In this document: piece after piece, positions 42,293 through 54,546 of the stretch
Position numbering within the stretch: position 1 is the first letter of the stretch
Layout of the letters: every line of letters begins with the position of its first letter
DNA from: an uncultured Gammaproteobacteria bacterium
GTDB lineage: Bacteria > Pseudomonadota > Gammaproteobacteria > CAWCPV01
Direction: 5' to 3'
Length of the DNA: 64,000 nt
NCBI GenBank assembly: GCA_963797555.1
Contig: CAWCPV010000014.1
Location: 32,001-96,000, forward strand
The notes under the pieces: model-generated
The model's input: only the letters and a program-made list of their open reading frames with translations
Databases searched by the model: none
What the model was told of the DNA's origin: nothing
Made by a program: the position numbers and the translations under genes

Positions 42293-42751
42293 ATGAGCGG
42301 CCAGTCGAGCTTGGAGGTGCAAAAAGCAATCTATGGACAGCTCGTTGCGGATGGCGAGCTGGCAAGTTTGAAATGTGCCGTTTACGATTGGGTGCCAACG
42401 AATGCGACGTTACCGTATTTAAGAGTCGGGGAGGATGATATTGCAGACGAGTCGACATTCGGAGTTGACAGGGCCTCGCAGGATGTTACCTTGCACGGGT
42501 TTTCGACTTATCCGGGCCGAAAGGAAATCAAGTCAATTCTGGCCCGGACGTATGAGCTTCTGCATAAGTCGAAATTGCAATTAGAGGGAACTAGTATGTG
42601 GGCGGGTTGCGTTTTGGTTTTTGAGGCCACCATTGAAGAGGAAGACGGGGTCACGTATCATGGCGTGCAGAGATTTAGGATAGTCACTACGGAGGCATTG
42701 AGAGATGAAGTTCCAATTGCAGAATTGCAAGCTATGGTTCGGAGCGCGTGA
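42293..42751 (+). CDS. Phage tail-completion protein (DUF3168/gp17-like)
   Basis: LEVQKAIYGQL...VYDWVP...PYLRVGED...TYHGVQRFRI; preceded by an HK97-gp10-like tail (APRPWLLPA). Confidence 0.75.
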   Translation: MSGQSSLEVQKAIYGQLVADGELASLKCAVYDWVPTNATLPYLRVGEDDIADESTFGVDRASQDVTLHGFSTYPGRKEIKSILARTYELLHKSKLQLEGTSMWAGCVLVFEATIEEEDGVTYHGVQRFRIVTTEALRDEVPIAELQAMVRSA

Positions 42752-43690
42752 CTATTCTGGCGATATGAATTCGATGGGCTTGAACTACGCCGCAGAAATG
42801 AAAGACTCGACCGTGTTCGGGGTCGATGCTCGGGCGAGGTTGGGTGGTTTGAAAGTGATTACTGTCTCGCACCACGGGTTCGTCGATTGGGACACGCTCA
42901 ACGAACCTGGAAGCACGGATGAGGATATGTTCGCGAGAGTGGGCGCAATCGAAGTGCCGATGTCAATGGCCGTTTCGTCGGTCCAGGGCCAGCCAGCCTA
43001 CACTTTCCGTGCTTCGATTGGCACGTACACGCCAGCGCGCAGTTGGGAGAGTTAACTCACCCCCGGCAAAGCCGGGGGCTTATTGGGTGAGCGCCTCAAA
43101 GGCGCCATAATACCGGGAGCCGCCCAAGGCGGCTGGACCTATGTCCGCAGCGTCAGTTGATCGTAGCGCTCCTCCTCTTGCTCTTGGTTCCGGATGTAAG
43201 CCCTTCAACTACCTTCGATTCCTTATGGCCCGCCAACTCGTGGAAGATCCGTCCCAGGTGGCGGCGCAGCGCCCCGAAGATCCGCTTTTTCCTGCACTTA
43301 CAGTCCCACTTCGTGTGGCTCAGACTCTGGTACTCTTTCATCGTGGATCCCCTTCTCTTGGCGGAGATTGGAGATTCACGACGACCGTCGTATAGGTCAA
43401 ACCTCGGTGAGTCCCCCGGCAAAGCCGGGGGCTTACCTCAGGGAGTTAATGAATTTCAGTTTGCAGCCTGAGGCCACTAATGGCACTAATGGTCCGCTAG
43501 TCCGGGGAACACTGATGGCGCTCGTTTCTGCTGTGGTTGCGAGCGGGAAGCGTGCTCCGTTCCAGGTCGGAGCCGTAGTTGCGCCTAAGGCGTTGTATGC
43601 CGCTTTGCATGTTTGGAAACTGAATACCGGTACTCTGGATGTGGTGATCGAAAGCGATAACGCGCGGGGATTCAGCTCGCCCGTGACAAA
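42705..43690 (+). pseudogene. Putative phage tail tube protein, interrupted by an IS200 derivative and truncated
   Basis: DYSGDMNSMGLNYAAEMKDSTVFG..RARLGGLK...; resumes after the IS as ELMNFSL..LVRGTL..YAALHV..VVIESDNA.GFSSPVT. Confidence 0.6.
43052..43445 (-). mobile_element. Internally deleted IS200/IS605-family (tnpA-only) element
   Basis: Identical hairpins CCCCCGGC-AAA-GCCGGGGG at 43060 and 43413; tnpA remnant 43139-43341 (MKEYQSLSHTKWDCK..RHLGRIFHELA..VEG / AYIRNQEQEEERYDQL) lacks the HUH segment; TTAA at both junctions. Confidence 0.85.
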
Positions 43691-43749
43691 GGGTCTTGAG
43701 CCGAAGCCTCGCTGGCGTCGAGGCGCCGTAGCGAAGCGGGGAAACGATC

Positions 43750-44150
43750 ATGCCTGTCGAACGCTGCCTGCGACATACGCCTGCCTGTCGAAGTCCTCGG
43801 CACCGGCTCTGTCCACTCAACCGTCGATCCGGCCGTGCCCTGTGTCCGGCCGAGGTCACCGGGCCATGCCGTTCCATGCAGGGGCGTTGTGGCGCCTGTG
43901 CGAGGCCGGCCTGCTGCACCAGCTCGGGCGCATCTCCACGCGTCTCCGGGGGCTTCATCAGCTCGGCGGTGCTGGGCCTGAACTGGCCGCACCTCAACTT
44001 CGACCGCGCAAACGTCGGCGACGACTTCGTTCCCCGGTGGTCGATCCCGTCCGGAGGACTACCGACAAGACCCTGGACGCCCCCGCCGTCATCGGCGCTG
44101 CACTGCTTCCGGGACCATCAGCCACAAGGTAGCCGAGGGTTACTGCAAGC
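43750..44150 (+). pseudogene. Patatin-like phospholipase N-terminal remnant
   Basis: Degenerate SG.GHRAM.FHAGALWRLCEAGLL..ISTVSGG.ISSAVLGLNW; frameshifted. Confidence 0.6.
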
Positions 44151-44277
44151 ACCCCCGTGGGCGTCTCCCGGTACAGCTCGTAGATCATAGTGGCGCGGTC
44201 GCTGAGGCGGGCGCAGGCATAACCGACGTACATCTAGCCTAAGCTGCAATTCGGAAATAGACCAAGGGGAGGCGAAG

Positions 44278-45750
44278 ATGAACAGACAAGTGGATGTGGC
44301 GGTTATCGGCGCGGGCCATGCAGGCCTAAACGCCATCAAGGAGATCCGAAAAGTTACCGACAATTATGTCCTGATCAACGGCGGTCAGCTCGGGACCACC
44401 TGTGCGCGAATTGGCTGCATGCCTTCCAAGACGGTACTGCATCTGGCCGAGACCTACAACAATAGGAACCACTATCAAAAGCTCGGAATTAAGGGTGCAG
44501 AGCACGTCCGCGTAGACATACCGAATGCCATGGAACGCATCCGGGATCTGCCTGATATGTTCGTCGATCTGATTCTCGCCAACACCACAGACGACATGGG
44601 CGACACGCTCATCGATGGCTATGCGGAGTTTATCGATACCCAGACGCTGCGGGTGGGTGACCAGATCGTACACGCCAATGCGACCGTGATCGCAACCGGG
44701 GCACGCTCGTTCGTGCCGCCCGAGTGGCGCGAGCTTGAGCACGGCGTCCTGACTGTCGAGACCCTGTTTGAGCAAGAGACTCTCCCCGAATCCATCGCCA
44801 TGCTTGGGCTCGGTCCGATGGGGATTGAGTTCGCCCAGGCGTTGCATAGACTGGGCGTCAGCGTCGTTGGAATCGAGCGAAGCGATGCCGTCGCGCGTAT
44901 TGCCGATCCCGTGGTCAACCGGGTCGCCGTTGAAATCATCGCGAGGGATTTTCCCCTTTGGCTCGGCGCAGATCTCTCCATTGAGCGGCGAGGCGACAGT
45001 TTCCGGGTCGAGGCGGGCGACCGCCAAGCCGAGGTCGAGAAGCTGTTCGTCGCCGCGGGGCGTCGCCCCAACGTTGACGGACTTGGCCTGGAGCGCCTGG
45101 CGGTGCCAACCGACCGTCAGGGCGTACCGCTGCACAACCCATTTACCATGCAGCTCGACCGCTTGCCCATCTACATCGCCGGTGATGCCGCGGGTGGGCT
45201 CGCCACGCTGCAAAAGGCGACCGATCAGGGGCGCATCGCCGGCTACAATGCCGTGCGCCGTTCTGCGACAGGTTTCAAGCCTAAGACACAGATGTCCATC
45301 GTCTTCTGCGATCCCAACGTCGCCTCGGTGGGGGCGCTTTGGCCCGAGCTTGACCAAGAGGTCAGCGCCGTCGGGGAGGTTCGACTTGGACCGGTGGGGC
45401 GTGCCATGATCATGGGGCAGAATCGCGGCATTCTGCGCATTTACGCGGATAAACCATCTGGGAACATCCTCGGGGCCGCGATGGTCGGTCCGCACTGCGA
45501 GCACCTGGCCCACTTGGTGGCTTGGGCTGTGGAAAAAGGCATGACCGTCACCGAAGCCCTGCGCATGCCGTATTACCACCCGGTATTGGAGGAAGCGCTA
45601 CAGGACGCGTTGTATGACCTGGATCGTCAGGTAAACGGGCGTGCCTCCGCTATGGTACAGCTCGAACGCCTGGATGTTGAGGTTGCCACCCGGCCTCTAA
45701 GCCTAACCTCGGCCGAGACGGAACCAAAGGGTTCCATGACCTATGCCTGA
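44278..45750 (+). CDS. Dihydrolipoyl dehydrogenase-like pyridine nucleotide-disulfide oxidoreductase
   Basis: VIGAGHAG, GTTCARIGCMPSK redox disulfide, IATGA, YIAGD, YYHPVLEE. Confidence 0.9.
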   Translation: MNRQVDVAVIGAGHAGLNAIKEIRKVTDNYVLINGGQLGTTCARIGCMPSKTVLHLAETYNNRNHYQKLGIKGAEHVRVDIPNAMERIRDLPDMFVDLILANTTDDMGDTLIDGYAEFIDTQTLRVGDQIVHANATVIATGARSFVPPEWRELEHGVLTVETLFEQETLPESIAMLGLGPMGIEFAQALHRLGVSVVGIERSDAVARIADPVVNRVAVEIIARDFPLWLGADLSIERRGDSFRVEAGDRQAEVEKLFVAAGRRPNVDGLGLERLAVPTDRQGVPLHNPFTMQLDRLPIYIAGDAAGGLATLQKATDQGRIAGYNAVRRSATGFKPKTQMSIVFCDPNVASVGALWPELDQEVSAVGEVRLGPVGRAMIMGQNRGILRIYADKPSGNILGAAMVGPHCEHLAHLVAWAVEKGMTVTEALRMPYYHPVLEEALQDALYDLDRQVNGRASAMVQLERLDVEVATRPLSLTSAETEPKGSMTYA

Positions 45751-45889
45751 TGGTGGAGTGGTTGGGAACGCTCCTCAAGTCGTAGGCCGGCCGAGCCTTC
45801 GCCTCCCACCGGCGCTCTGACGGTCTCTGGTATGATCACTGCTGACGCTGTCACCGTGGCAGCGAGCATGCCTCGCGGAGGGAGACACT

Positions 45890-46123
45890 ATGGAGACCCA
45901 ACTGGTGGACGTTACCGTCCACATCGACGAGACGGTCGGCAAAGACCGGCATAGCGAATTGGAGGATGCTCTGCGTGCCATCGACGGCGTGGTGTCCGCC
46001 GGGTTCGCAGAGGGCAAGCCGCACCTCCTGATCGTCCAGTACAATCCCCAGCGAACCAGTTCGGGGCAAATATTGGAGCGGGTTAAATCGCACGGTGTGC
46101 ATGCCGAACTGGTAGCGATGTAG
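45890..46123 (+). CDS. Small HMA/ferredoxin-like fold protein without CxxC
   Basis: VTVHIDET...LEDALRAIDGVVSA...HLLIVQYNP; GGAGGGAG RBS. Confidence 0.7.
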   Translation: METQLVDVTVHIDETVGKDRHSELEDALRAIDGVVSAGFAEGKPHLLIVQYNPQRTSSGQILERVKSHGVHAELVAM

Positions 46124-46307
46124 GGGATCTTGTTCGCTGTCCGGCCTGAGCGGTGGGCGGTGCGCACCGCTTTGACCGGCCTTACTGCGAGTCGGCGTAC
46201 AAGTCCGCAGCCGCCCACCGCATGAGGGGTGCCCTCAGGACGGCAGTGGTCTGTGGCGGCGCGTGCAGGAGAGCTGGAAGCTTGTCCGGCGGCCTCCCAT
46301 CTGCACG

Positions 46308-47177
46308 TCACCTCCAAGCGAGGCTCCAGCCCTGCTCGGCAAGCGGCCTGAGCACCGGCTCCACCATCGCATCGACGAAACGGCGCCGCTGCGGGTTGGC
46401 GCGGGCCAGATCCGCCCATTGCGTCCCCGGCGTCAGGCCCGCGGCTTCATACAGGGCGGCACCCGGATAGAAGAGGGTGTCCGCGAAACGCCGCAGCAGG
46501 CTCCCGGTCAGCAGCCGCAGCAAAGGGGCTTGCCAGCGCGCGACGCCCGGCAGTAGCCGCTCCAGCGTATCTCGGGCGTGGGCGATGTGGCGCGCCTCTT
46601 CGACGATGTGGATGTGCACCATCTCGTGTACGGCCGGGCACAGCGCCGTACCGTGCTGGTGCAGGAAGCGGTTCATGCGATCGGGCAACGACTCCCCGAT
46701 GAACACGGCGAGCCAGAAGCCTGCGTGGCGGAACGGCAAGTGGCGCCCCGCCAAGTTTGCGAGCGCCAGGTGGGGGAAAGGCGAAGGCGGGGGCGCCAGC
46801 CCGCTGCGCTGAATGAGCTCCAGGAACATCAGGCTGTGACCCGCCTCTTCCCGGATCTCGTGCAGACAATACACGCGTGCGCTCGGCTCTGGACAGTCGC
46901 GTTGCGCCCAACGACCGAGGCGCTCCAGGAAGATCCCTTCCAGCCACAGCCCGGCCTGGAGCAAGTGCATGAACTCGAAGTGGGAGAGCGCGAGGCGACG
47001 CGCCTCCGGCAGCTCCTGGAACGCCCCGACGCCCCCGACGGACAGGGCCTGCTCGGGCATCCAGGGGTGCGCCGTGTCGACTCGCTCCCAAGGAATCCGC
47101 ACGAGCGGGTCGCGGTAGGGCGTGCTACGGCTGCTCAGTTGTTGCTGCAGGGTTGGCGGAGGTGAGACAGCGGACAT
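46308..47177 (-). CDS. AurF-like diiron oxygenase
   Basis: GLWLE, HEIREEAGHSLMF, IGE..D, HIVEEARH (paired ExxH motifs); start may be 47213. Confidence 0.85.
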   Translation of the reverse strand: MSAVSPPPTLQQQLSSRSTPYRDPLVRIPWERVDTAHPWMPEQALSVGGVGAFQELPEARRLALSHFEFMHLLQAGLWLEGIFLERLGRWAQRDCPEPSARVYCLHEIREEAGHSLMFLELIQRSGLAPPPSPFPHLALANLAGRHLPFRHAGFWLAVFIGESLPDRMNRFLHQHGTALCPAVHEMVHIHIVEEARHIAHARDTLERLLPGVARWQAPLLRLLTGSLLRRFADTLFYPGAALYEAAGLTPGTQWADLARANPQRRRFVDAMVEPVLRPLAEQGWSLAWR

Positions 47178-47314
47178 GGGTGTTGATGGGGCGTCCGACC
47201 GGCGAGGTTTCATGTTAGCGTGCCGCTCTATGCCCGGTAAACTACCGCCTCACCCTGTCGATTGCGCGACGGTGCCAACTGCATTAAGCTTAACTCCCTT
47301 GAGCGCGAAGACAC

Positions 47315-47404
47315 GGAGAGGTGTCCGAGCGGCTGAAGGAGCAGCACTGGAAATGCTGTGTACGGGTAACCGTACCGCGGGTTCAAATCCCGCCCTCTCC
47401 GCCA
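47315..47404 (+). tRNA. tRNA-Ser(GGA)
   Basis: GGAGAGG acceptor; CAGCA-CTGGAAA-TGCTG anticodon arm; long variable arm; GGTTCAAATCC; CCA. Confidence 0.95.
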
Positions 47405-47416
47405 GACGGTTCCCAT

Positions 47417-47528
47417 GGTGGTGCGTGCCGGTCCCCCCGCAACGAGACGTTGTGAACCCCGTCAGGCCCGGAAGGGAGCAGCGGCAGCAATGTTCTGGTG
47501 TGCCGGGGTGTGGCTGGCATGTACCGCC
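47417..47528 (+). ncRNA. ffs: Signal recognition particle 4.5S RNA
   Basis: Domain IV TCAGGCCCGGAAGGGAGCAGC inside a long hairpin; usual position upstream of dnaX. Confidence 0.92.
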
Positions 47529-47603
47529 GCCCAATTTTGTCCCCGCGGGCGCCGCGTCGGGTAGAGACCCGAGGCGTCTGCAGGGCTCGTCAGCGTCGTC
47601 TCC

Positions 47604-49175
<1,572 letters not shown>

Positions 49176-49188
49176 AAAGGAGTGCATC

Positions 49189-49515
49189 ATGAAAGGTGGC
49201 CTAGGAAAGATCCTCAAGCAGGTCCAGGACATGCAAGTTAATATGCAGAAAATGCAGGAGGAGTTGGCTGCCCTGGAGATATCGGGAGAGTCAGGCGGCG
49301 GTATGGTCAAAGTCCTCATGACCGGCCGTCATGAGGTGCGGCGAGTGAGCATCGATCCGAGCTTGCTGGGGGATGACCGGGAGATGCTGGAAGATCTGGT
49401 GGCGGCGGCCATCAACGACGCCATCCACAAGGTGGAGGAGGCGGGCAGGGAGAGGCTTGCCGGCATGGCGGCCGGGCTGGGGCCGCTGGCCGGTCTGAAT
49501 CTGCCCTTCCCCTGA
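49189..49515 (+). CDS. ybaB: Nucleoid-associated protein YbaB/EbfC
   Basis: [24 protein letters not shown]; lies between dnaX and recR. Confidence 0.95.
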   Translation: MKGGLGKILKQVQDMQVNMQKMQEELAALEISGESGGGMVKVLMTGRHEVRRVSIDPSLLGDDREMLEDLVAAAINDAIHKVEEAGRERLAGMAAGLGPLAGLNLPFP

Positions 49516-49517
49516 GC

Positions 49518-50114
49518 ATGGCCGCGAGTCAGCTCATCCGACAGCTCATGGATGCCTTGCGGTGTCTGCCGGGAGTGGGTCCGAAGTCCTCCCAGCGCAT
49601 GGCGTATCACCTGCTGGAACGAGACCGGGAGGGAGCGCGACGACTGGCTCAGGCCTTGGCTGAAGCGGCGGAGAAGGTAAGGCATTGCGCCTATTGTCGT
49701 GTCCTCACCGAGACGGAGATCTGTTCCATCTGCGCGGATCCCCGCCGCGACGGCTCCAGTCTTTGCGTAGTGGAGATGCCTGCGGACGTCGAGGCGATAC
49801 AGCAGGCTACGGGCTACCGCGGCCGGTACTTCGTCCTCATGGGTCACCTGTCTCCGCTGGACGGCGTGGGGCCGGCGGACCTCGGTGTGGACCGACTGCT
49901 AGAGCGTACCAAGCTCGGCGAGGTGCGAGAGGTCATCCTGGCGACCAATCCCACCGTGGAAGGTGGTGCGACGGCCCACTACATCGCCGATCAGCTCCAC
50001 CGACAGGGGATCCGGGTGACGCGGCTCGCCCACGGGATACCGCTGGGGGGAGAGCTGGAATCCGTGGACCGCGGCACCCTGGCCCATGCGTTCGGGGATC
50101 GGCGGGATTTCTAG
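49518..50114 (+). CDS. recR: Recombination mediator RecR
   Basis: LPGVGPKS, C4 zinc finger, Toprim ATNPTVEG. Confidence 0.96.
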   Translation: MAASQLIRQLMDALRCLPGVGPKSSQRMAYHLLERDREGARRLAQALAEAAEKVRHCAYCRVLTETEICSICADPRRDGSSLCVVEMPADVEAIQQATGYRGRYFVLMGHLSPLDGVGPADLGVDRLLERTKLGEVREVILATNPTVEGGATAHYIADQLHRQGIRVTRLAHGIPLGGELESVDRGTLAHAFGDRRDF

Positions 50115-50195
50115 CCTGCCAAGCGACACGCCGCAAGGGCCCGTGGCGGCGTCGGGCCCATCCCCAGACGCCGGACCGACCTTCGGCCCGCCCTC

Positions 50196-50531
50196 TCAGT
50201 CATCCACCACAGCGCCGACCTTTGCGGCGCAGATGAAATCGTTCTCCGACAGCCCGCCGATGGCGTGGGTGCTATAGCGAACACGACAGCGTTTGTAGCC
50301 CACTTCCAGCTCGGGATGGTGGTCCTCCCGATGGGCAATCCATGCCAGCGCGTTCACGAAGGCGATGGTCTGGTAGTAATTCTTGAACGCGAAGGTCCGA
50401 CTGATCTCCTTCGCCGTCTCGCTCAGCTCCCAGCCGGAAACTTGCTTTAGCATCGCGGCTGCCGCCTCGGGCGTCATGGGCGGGGTGCCGGCGTCGCACG
50501 GCTTGCAGCGCCGCTCCCGAAGCGCGCTCAC
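50196..50531 (-). CDS. Pterin-4-alpha-carbinolamine dehydratase
   Basis: EDHHPEL...STHAIGGLSENDFICAAK. Confidence 0.92.
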   Translation of the reverse strand: MSALRERRCKPCDAGTPPMTPEAAAAMLKQVSGWELSETAKEISRTFAFKNYYQTIAFVNALAWIAHREDHHPELEVGYKRCRVRYSTHAIGGLSENDFICAAKVGAVVDD

Positions 50532-50821
50532 TATTTGGACTCGGCGCCGAAGTGGTAGAAATCAGCGTTCAAGTATGCGACCACGTCGGCGATGTCTTGG
50601 TCGGACCATGCGAGGCCGCGCGCCATCTTGCAGCGGCCGACCTGTGCTTCCAAGCCCGGGAGGCTTGTGACCATGCGGTTGGAACGCGTATAGACGCTGC
50701 TGTTGTGGCAGGACGTGCACTGGCTCGCGTGCAGAATCTTGCCGTGCTCCACGTTGGCTGCCTGCGCCGCAGCGAAAGCGCTGCACAGGGTGAGGGCAAT
50801 CATCAGGGAATGTGTCTTCAT
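50531..50821 (-). CDS. Small monoheme cytochrome c
   Basis: Signal peptide; CTSCH; LEAQVGRC...DVVAYLN..Y. Confidence 0.88.
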   Translation of the reverse strand: MKTHSLMIALTLCSAFAAAQAANVEHGKILHASQCTSCHNSSVYTRSNRMVTSLPGLEAQVGRCKMARGLAWSDQDIADVVAYLNADFYHFGAESK

Positions 50822-52086
50822 GCGTAAACCTCTCCGGTGGACATGGGGTTCTTCTGCAGTAGATGGGCGATCCGCACGGGTGCCGGCGGATGCGTGTCGT
50901 AAAAGGCCGAATAAAGCGGGTCCGGCGTCAGGGTGCTGGCGTTCTCCTTGGATAGCTTCACCAGGGCGCTGATGAGCGCTTCGGGGTTTACCTGGCCGGC
51001 GGCGTAGTCGTCCGCCTGGTACTCATGTGCCCGCGACAGGCGCGCAACGATCGGCTGCAGGAAGAAGCCCAGCAGCGGCACGGACAACAGAAACAGGGCC
51101 AGGGCGCCATGGGCCGAGGGGTGCGTGAGTCCCAGCCCGTCGTAGAACCAGGGCTGCTGAGCGATCCAGCCGAGCAGGCCGAAGGCCCCGAGGCTGACAC
51201 CTCCCAACCATGCCAATCCCTTCTGGACGTGGCGCCGGCGAAAGTGGCCGAGCTCGTGGGCCAGGACCGCTTCGACTTCCGTCGGCGACAGCGTTTCCAG
51301 CAACGTGTCGAAGAACACGATGCGCTTTTCCCGGCCCAGCCCCGTGAAATACGCGTTGCCATGCCCGGAGCGCCGCGAGCCGTCCATCACGAAGATACCG
51401 CGGCTTGCGAAGCCGGCGCGCCGCAGCAGGGCCTCGATGCGCTCCCGCAGGGTCTGATCCGCGAGGGGTGTGAAACGGTTGAAGAGAGGTGCGATGACCC
51501 GCGGGAAGGCCCAAAGCATGAGCATGGCAAAGGCCATCCAGGTTCCCCAGGCATAGACCCACCAGTAGCGTCCGGCCGCCCCCATGAGCCAAAGCACTGC
51601 GCTGCTCAGGGGGAGCGCGAGCAGGCCGGTGAGGAGCAACTCCTTGGCGCTGTCCGCCCAGAACACGGCGGCTGTCGTGCGGTTGAAGCCGAAGCGCTGC
51701 TCGACTACGAAGGTCCGGTAGGCGGACAGAGGCAGCTCTAGGACCATGCTGAGTCCGAGGACGCTCAGAATGACCGCGCAGCCGGTCGCCAGCGAGCCCA
51801 CACCCAGGCTGCGCCACAGCCGGTCCAGCCACTCCAGGCCGCCGCCCAGGGTCCAGCCCAGGAGGAGCAGGCTGGTCAAGGCGATCTCCAGCAAGGCTGT
51901 CCTGGCCCGGGCGACCGCGTAGTCTGCGGCCCGCGCGTGGGCTTGCGCCGACACCATGCCCCGAAACGGTGACGGCACGTCCGTGCGACAGCGCTGGACA
52001 TGCGCGATCTGGCGGCGCGCGAGCCACCACTGAGCACCCGAGGCGAGGCCGAGGGCCGCGAGGAACACCAGGCTGAAGGGCTGCAT
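50818..52086 (-). CDS. M48-family (Ste24/CaaX) membrane metallopeptidase
   Basis: NAYFTG, HELGH, EYQAD, THPP. Confidence 0.92.
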   Translation of the reverse strand: MQPFSLVFLAALGLASGAQWWLARRQIAHVQRCRTDVPSPFRGMVSAQAHARAADYAVARARTALLEIALTSLLLLGWTLGGGLEWLDRLWRSLGVGSLATGCAVILSVLGLSMVLELPLSAYRTFVVEQRFGFNRTTAAVFWADSAKELLLTGLLALPLSSAVLWLMGAAGRYWWVYAWGTWMAFAMLMLWAFPRVIAPLFNRFTPLADQTLRERIEALLRRAGFASRGIFVMDGSRRSGHGNAYFTGLGREKRIVFFDTLLETLSPTEVEAVLAHELGHFRRRHVQKGLAWLGGVSLGAFGLLGWIAQQPWFYDGLGLTHPSAHGALALFLLSVPLLGFFLQPIVARLSRAHEYQADDYAAGQVNPEALISALVKLSKENASTLTPDPLYSAFYDTHPPAPVRIAHLLQKNPMSTGEVYA

Positions 52087-52176
52087 GGGCGGATCACGCC
52101 GGTCGGATGGCAAGGCTCCAGGTTAGCCTCTGCTAGAATGCAAGGCAAGCCCGCAAACCTTACGGAAACGCAAGCC

Positions 52177-52722
52177 ATGGCACAAGAACCCGGCAATCTG
52201 GTGTGGATAGACTTGGAGATGACCGGGTTGGACACCGGCCGGGACCACATCCTGGAGATCGCCACCGTGATCACGGACTCCCAGCTCAACGCGATTGCCG
52301 AAGGCCCGGTGCTCGCCGTCCACCAGAGCGACGCGGTGCTCGATGCCATGGACGACTGGAATCGGGCGCAGCATGGGGGATCGGGCCTCATCGACAAGGT
52401 GCGGGCAAGCAAGCTGAACGAGGCGGAGGCGGAGCGCCTCACCCTGGAGTTCGTGCAGCGCTATGTGCCTCCCAAGAAGTCCCCGATGTGCGGCAACAGC
52501 ATCTGCCAGGACCGCCGGTTCCTGCACCGCTGGATGCCGCTACTGGAGCAACATTTTCATTACCGCAACCTGGATGTCAGCACTCTCAACGAGTTGGCCC
52601 GGCGCTGGAAACCCGAGGTCGCCGACGCCGTCGTGAAGGCTTCGCGCCATCAGGCGCTGGATGACGTCTACGAGTCCATTCGCGAGCTGCGTCTTTACCG
52701 GGACCAGCTCCTGAAGATCTGA
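52177..52722 (+). CDS. orn: Oligoribonuclease
   Basis: [42 protein letters not shown]. Confidence 0.96.
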   Translation: MAQEPGNLVWIDLEMTGLDTGRDHILEIATVITDSQLNAIAEGPVLAVHQSDAVLDAMDDWNRAQHGGSGLIDKVRASKLNEAEAERLTLEFVQRYVPPKKSPMCGNSICQDRRFLHRWMPLLEQHFHYRNLDVSTLNELARRWKPEVADAVVKASRHQALDDVYESIRELRLYRDQLLKI

Positions 52723-52725
52723 CCG

Positions 52726-54546
52726 GTGGCCGGTCCCGCTGAGAGCGCCCCTTCCAGAGGCGGCTGGCGCGCCCTCACCACCCTGCTGCCCTATCTTTGG
52801 GTGTACCGTTGGCGTGTCGCCGTGGCCATGAGCTGCCTGCTTCTGGCCAAGGTGGCCACGGTGGCGCTGCCCTTGGTGCTAAAGGGCGTGGTGGACACCC
52901 TGGATGCCAGCCGCGCCCGCGAGCTGATCTTGCCCCTCGGGCTGCTGCTCGGGTACGGGGGCCTGCGTCTCGCCAGCGCTCTGTTCGGCGAGCTCCGCGA
53001 CATCATCTTCGCGCGCGTGACTCAGCACAGTATCCGGCGTGCGGCTCTGGGCGTGTTCCGCCACCTCCACACCCTCAGTCTGCGCTTCCATCTGGACCGC
53101 AAGACCGGGGGGATCTCGCGGGACATCGAGCGTGGCGCTCGCGGCATCAGCTTCTTGCTGACCTTCATGGTGTTCAACATCCTGCCGACCCTCGTGGAGA
53201 TCGGCCTCGTCGGCGCTGTGCTCCTCGCCCGTTTCGATGCGGTGTTCGCGCTGACCGTGCTGCTGACGGTCGGCGGTTATATCGCCTTCACGGTAGCACT
53301 GACGGAGTGGAGGCTGCGCTTCGTGCGCCTGAAGAACGACATGGATTCCAAGGCCAACACACGCGCCATCGACAGCCTGCTGAACTACGAGACGGTGAAA
53401 TACTTCGGCAGCGAAGCTTACGAGGCGCAGCGCTACGACGACACCCTGAGCCGGTGGGAGCAGGCGGCCATCCAGAATCAGACCTCCTTGTCGGCGCTCA
53501 ATGCCGGGCAGGGGACCATCGTGGCCTGCGGCGTCACGGGGCTGATGGTGATGGCGGCCCAGGGAGTGGTGCGGGGCGCCCTGACCCTTGGAGACCTGGT
53601 GATGGTCAACGCCTATCTGCTGCAATTGATGATGCCGCTGAACTTCCTCGGATTCGTCTACCGGGAGATCAAGAACGCCTTGGTGGACATGGAGCGCATG
53701 TTCGGGTTGCTGGACCAGTGCCCGGACGTGGTGGATCCCCCGGATGCCCCGGCCCTGCGCGTGAGCAAGGGCGAGGTGCGGTTCGAGGAGGTCGCGTTTG
53801 CCTATGACGCGGCGCGCCCCATTCTGCGAAAGGTGGATCTGGTCATTCCCCCCGGACGCAAGCTCGCTGTGGTCGGCCCGTCCGGTGCCGGCAAGTCGAC
53901 CCTCGTGCGGCTGCTGTTCAGGTTCTACGACGTGCGCGCCGGGCGCATCCTCATCGACGGGCAAGACATCCGTGACGTCACTCAGCGCAGCCTGCGGGAC
54001 GCCATCGGTATCGTTCCCCAGGACACGGTGCTGTTCAACGACACGCTTTACTACAACATCGCTTACGCTCGCCCGGACGTTGCCCGAGAGGAAGTGCTGC
54101 GGGCTGCCGAGCTCGCCCATCTCGGGCGTTTTATCGCCTCCCTGCCGCAGGGGTACGACACCGTGGTAGGGGAGCGCGGCCTGAAGCTCTCCGGCGGCGA
54201 GAAGCAACGCGTGGGAATCGCCCGCGCCATCCTCAAGAATCCCAGGATTTTGGTCTTCGACGAGGCGACCTCCTCGCTGGATTCCAAATCGGAGCAAGCG
54301 ATCCTGGATGCGTTGGGCGAGGTGGCACGCAACCACACCACGCTGGTGATCGCCCACCGGCTCTCCACGGTGGTGGACGCCGATCGCATCCTGGTCCTCG
54401 ACCACGGCAGCATCGTGGAAGCGGGAACCCATCCCGAGCTGCTCGCTCGTGGCGGGCTCTACGCCGGCCTGTGGGCGCTGCAGCAGGAGAGGCAGCGAGA
54501 GGAGGAGCCCCCGACCCTGCGCTCCGTGGGCCGCCAGGCATCGTAA
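52726..54546 (+). CDS. ATM1/ABCB7-like ABC exporter
   Basis: LSLRFHLDRKTG, DSLLNYETVKYF, GPSGAGKS, LSGGEKQR. Confidence 0.93.
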   Translation: MAGPAESAPSRGGWRALTTLLPYLWVYRWRVAVAMSCLLLAKVATVALPLVLKGVVDTLDASRARELILPLGLLLGYGGLRLASALFGELRDIIFARVTQHSIRRAALGVFRHLHTLSLRFHLDRKTGGISRDIERGARGISFLLTFMVFNILPTLVEIGLVGAVLLARFDAVFALTVLLTVGGYIAFTVALTEWRLRFVRLKNDMDSKANTRAIDSLLNYETVKYFGSEAYEAQRYDDTLSRWEQAAIQNQTSLSALNAGQGTIVACGVTGLMVMAAQGVVRGALTLGDLVMVNAYLLQLMMPLNFLGFVYREIKNALVDMERMFGLLDQCPDVVDPPDAPALRVSKGEVRFEEVAFAYDAARPILRKVDLVIPPGRKLAVVGPSGAGKSTLVRLLFRFYDVRAGRILIDGQDIRDVTQRSLRDAIGIVPQDTVLFNDTLYYNIAYARPDVAREEVLRAAELAHLGRFIASLPQGYDTVVGERGLKLSGGEKQRVGIARAILKNPRILVFDEATSSLDSKSEQAILDALGEVARNHTTLVIAHRLSTVVDADRILVLDHGSIVEAGTHPELLARGGLYAGLWALQQERQREEEPPTLRSVGRQAS

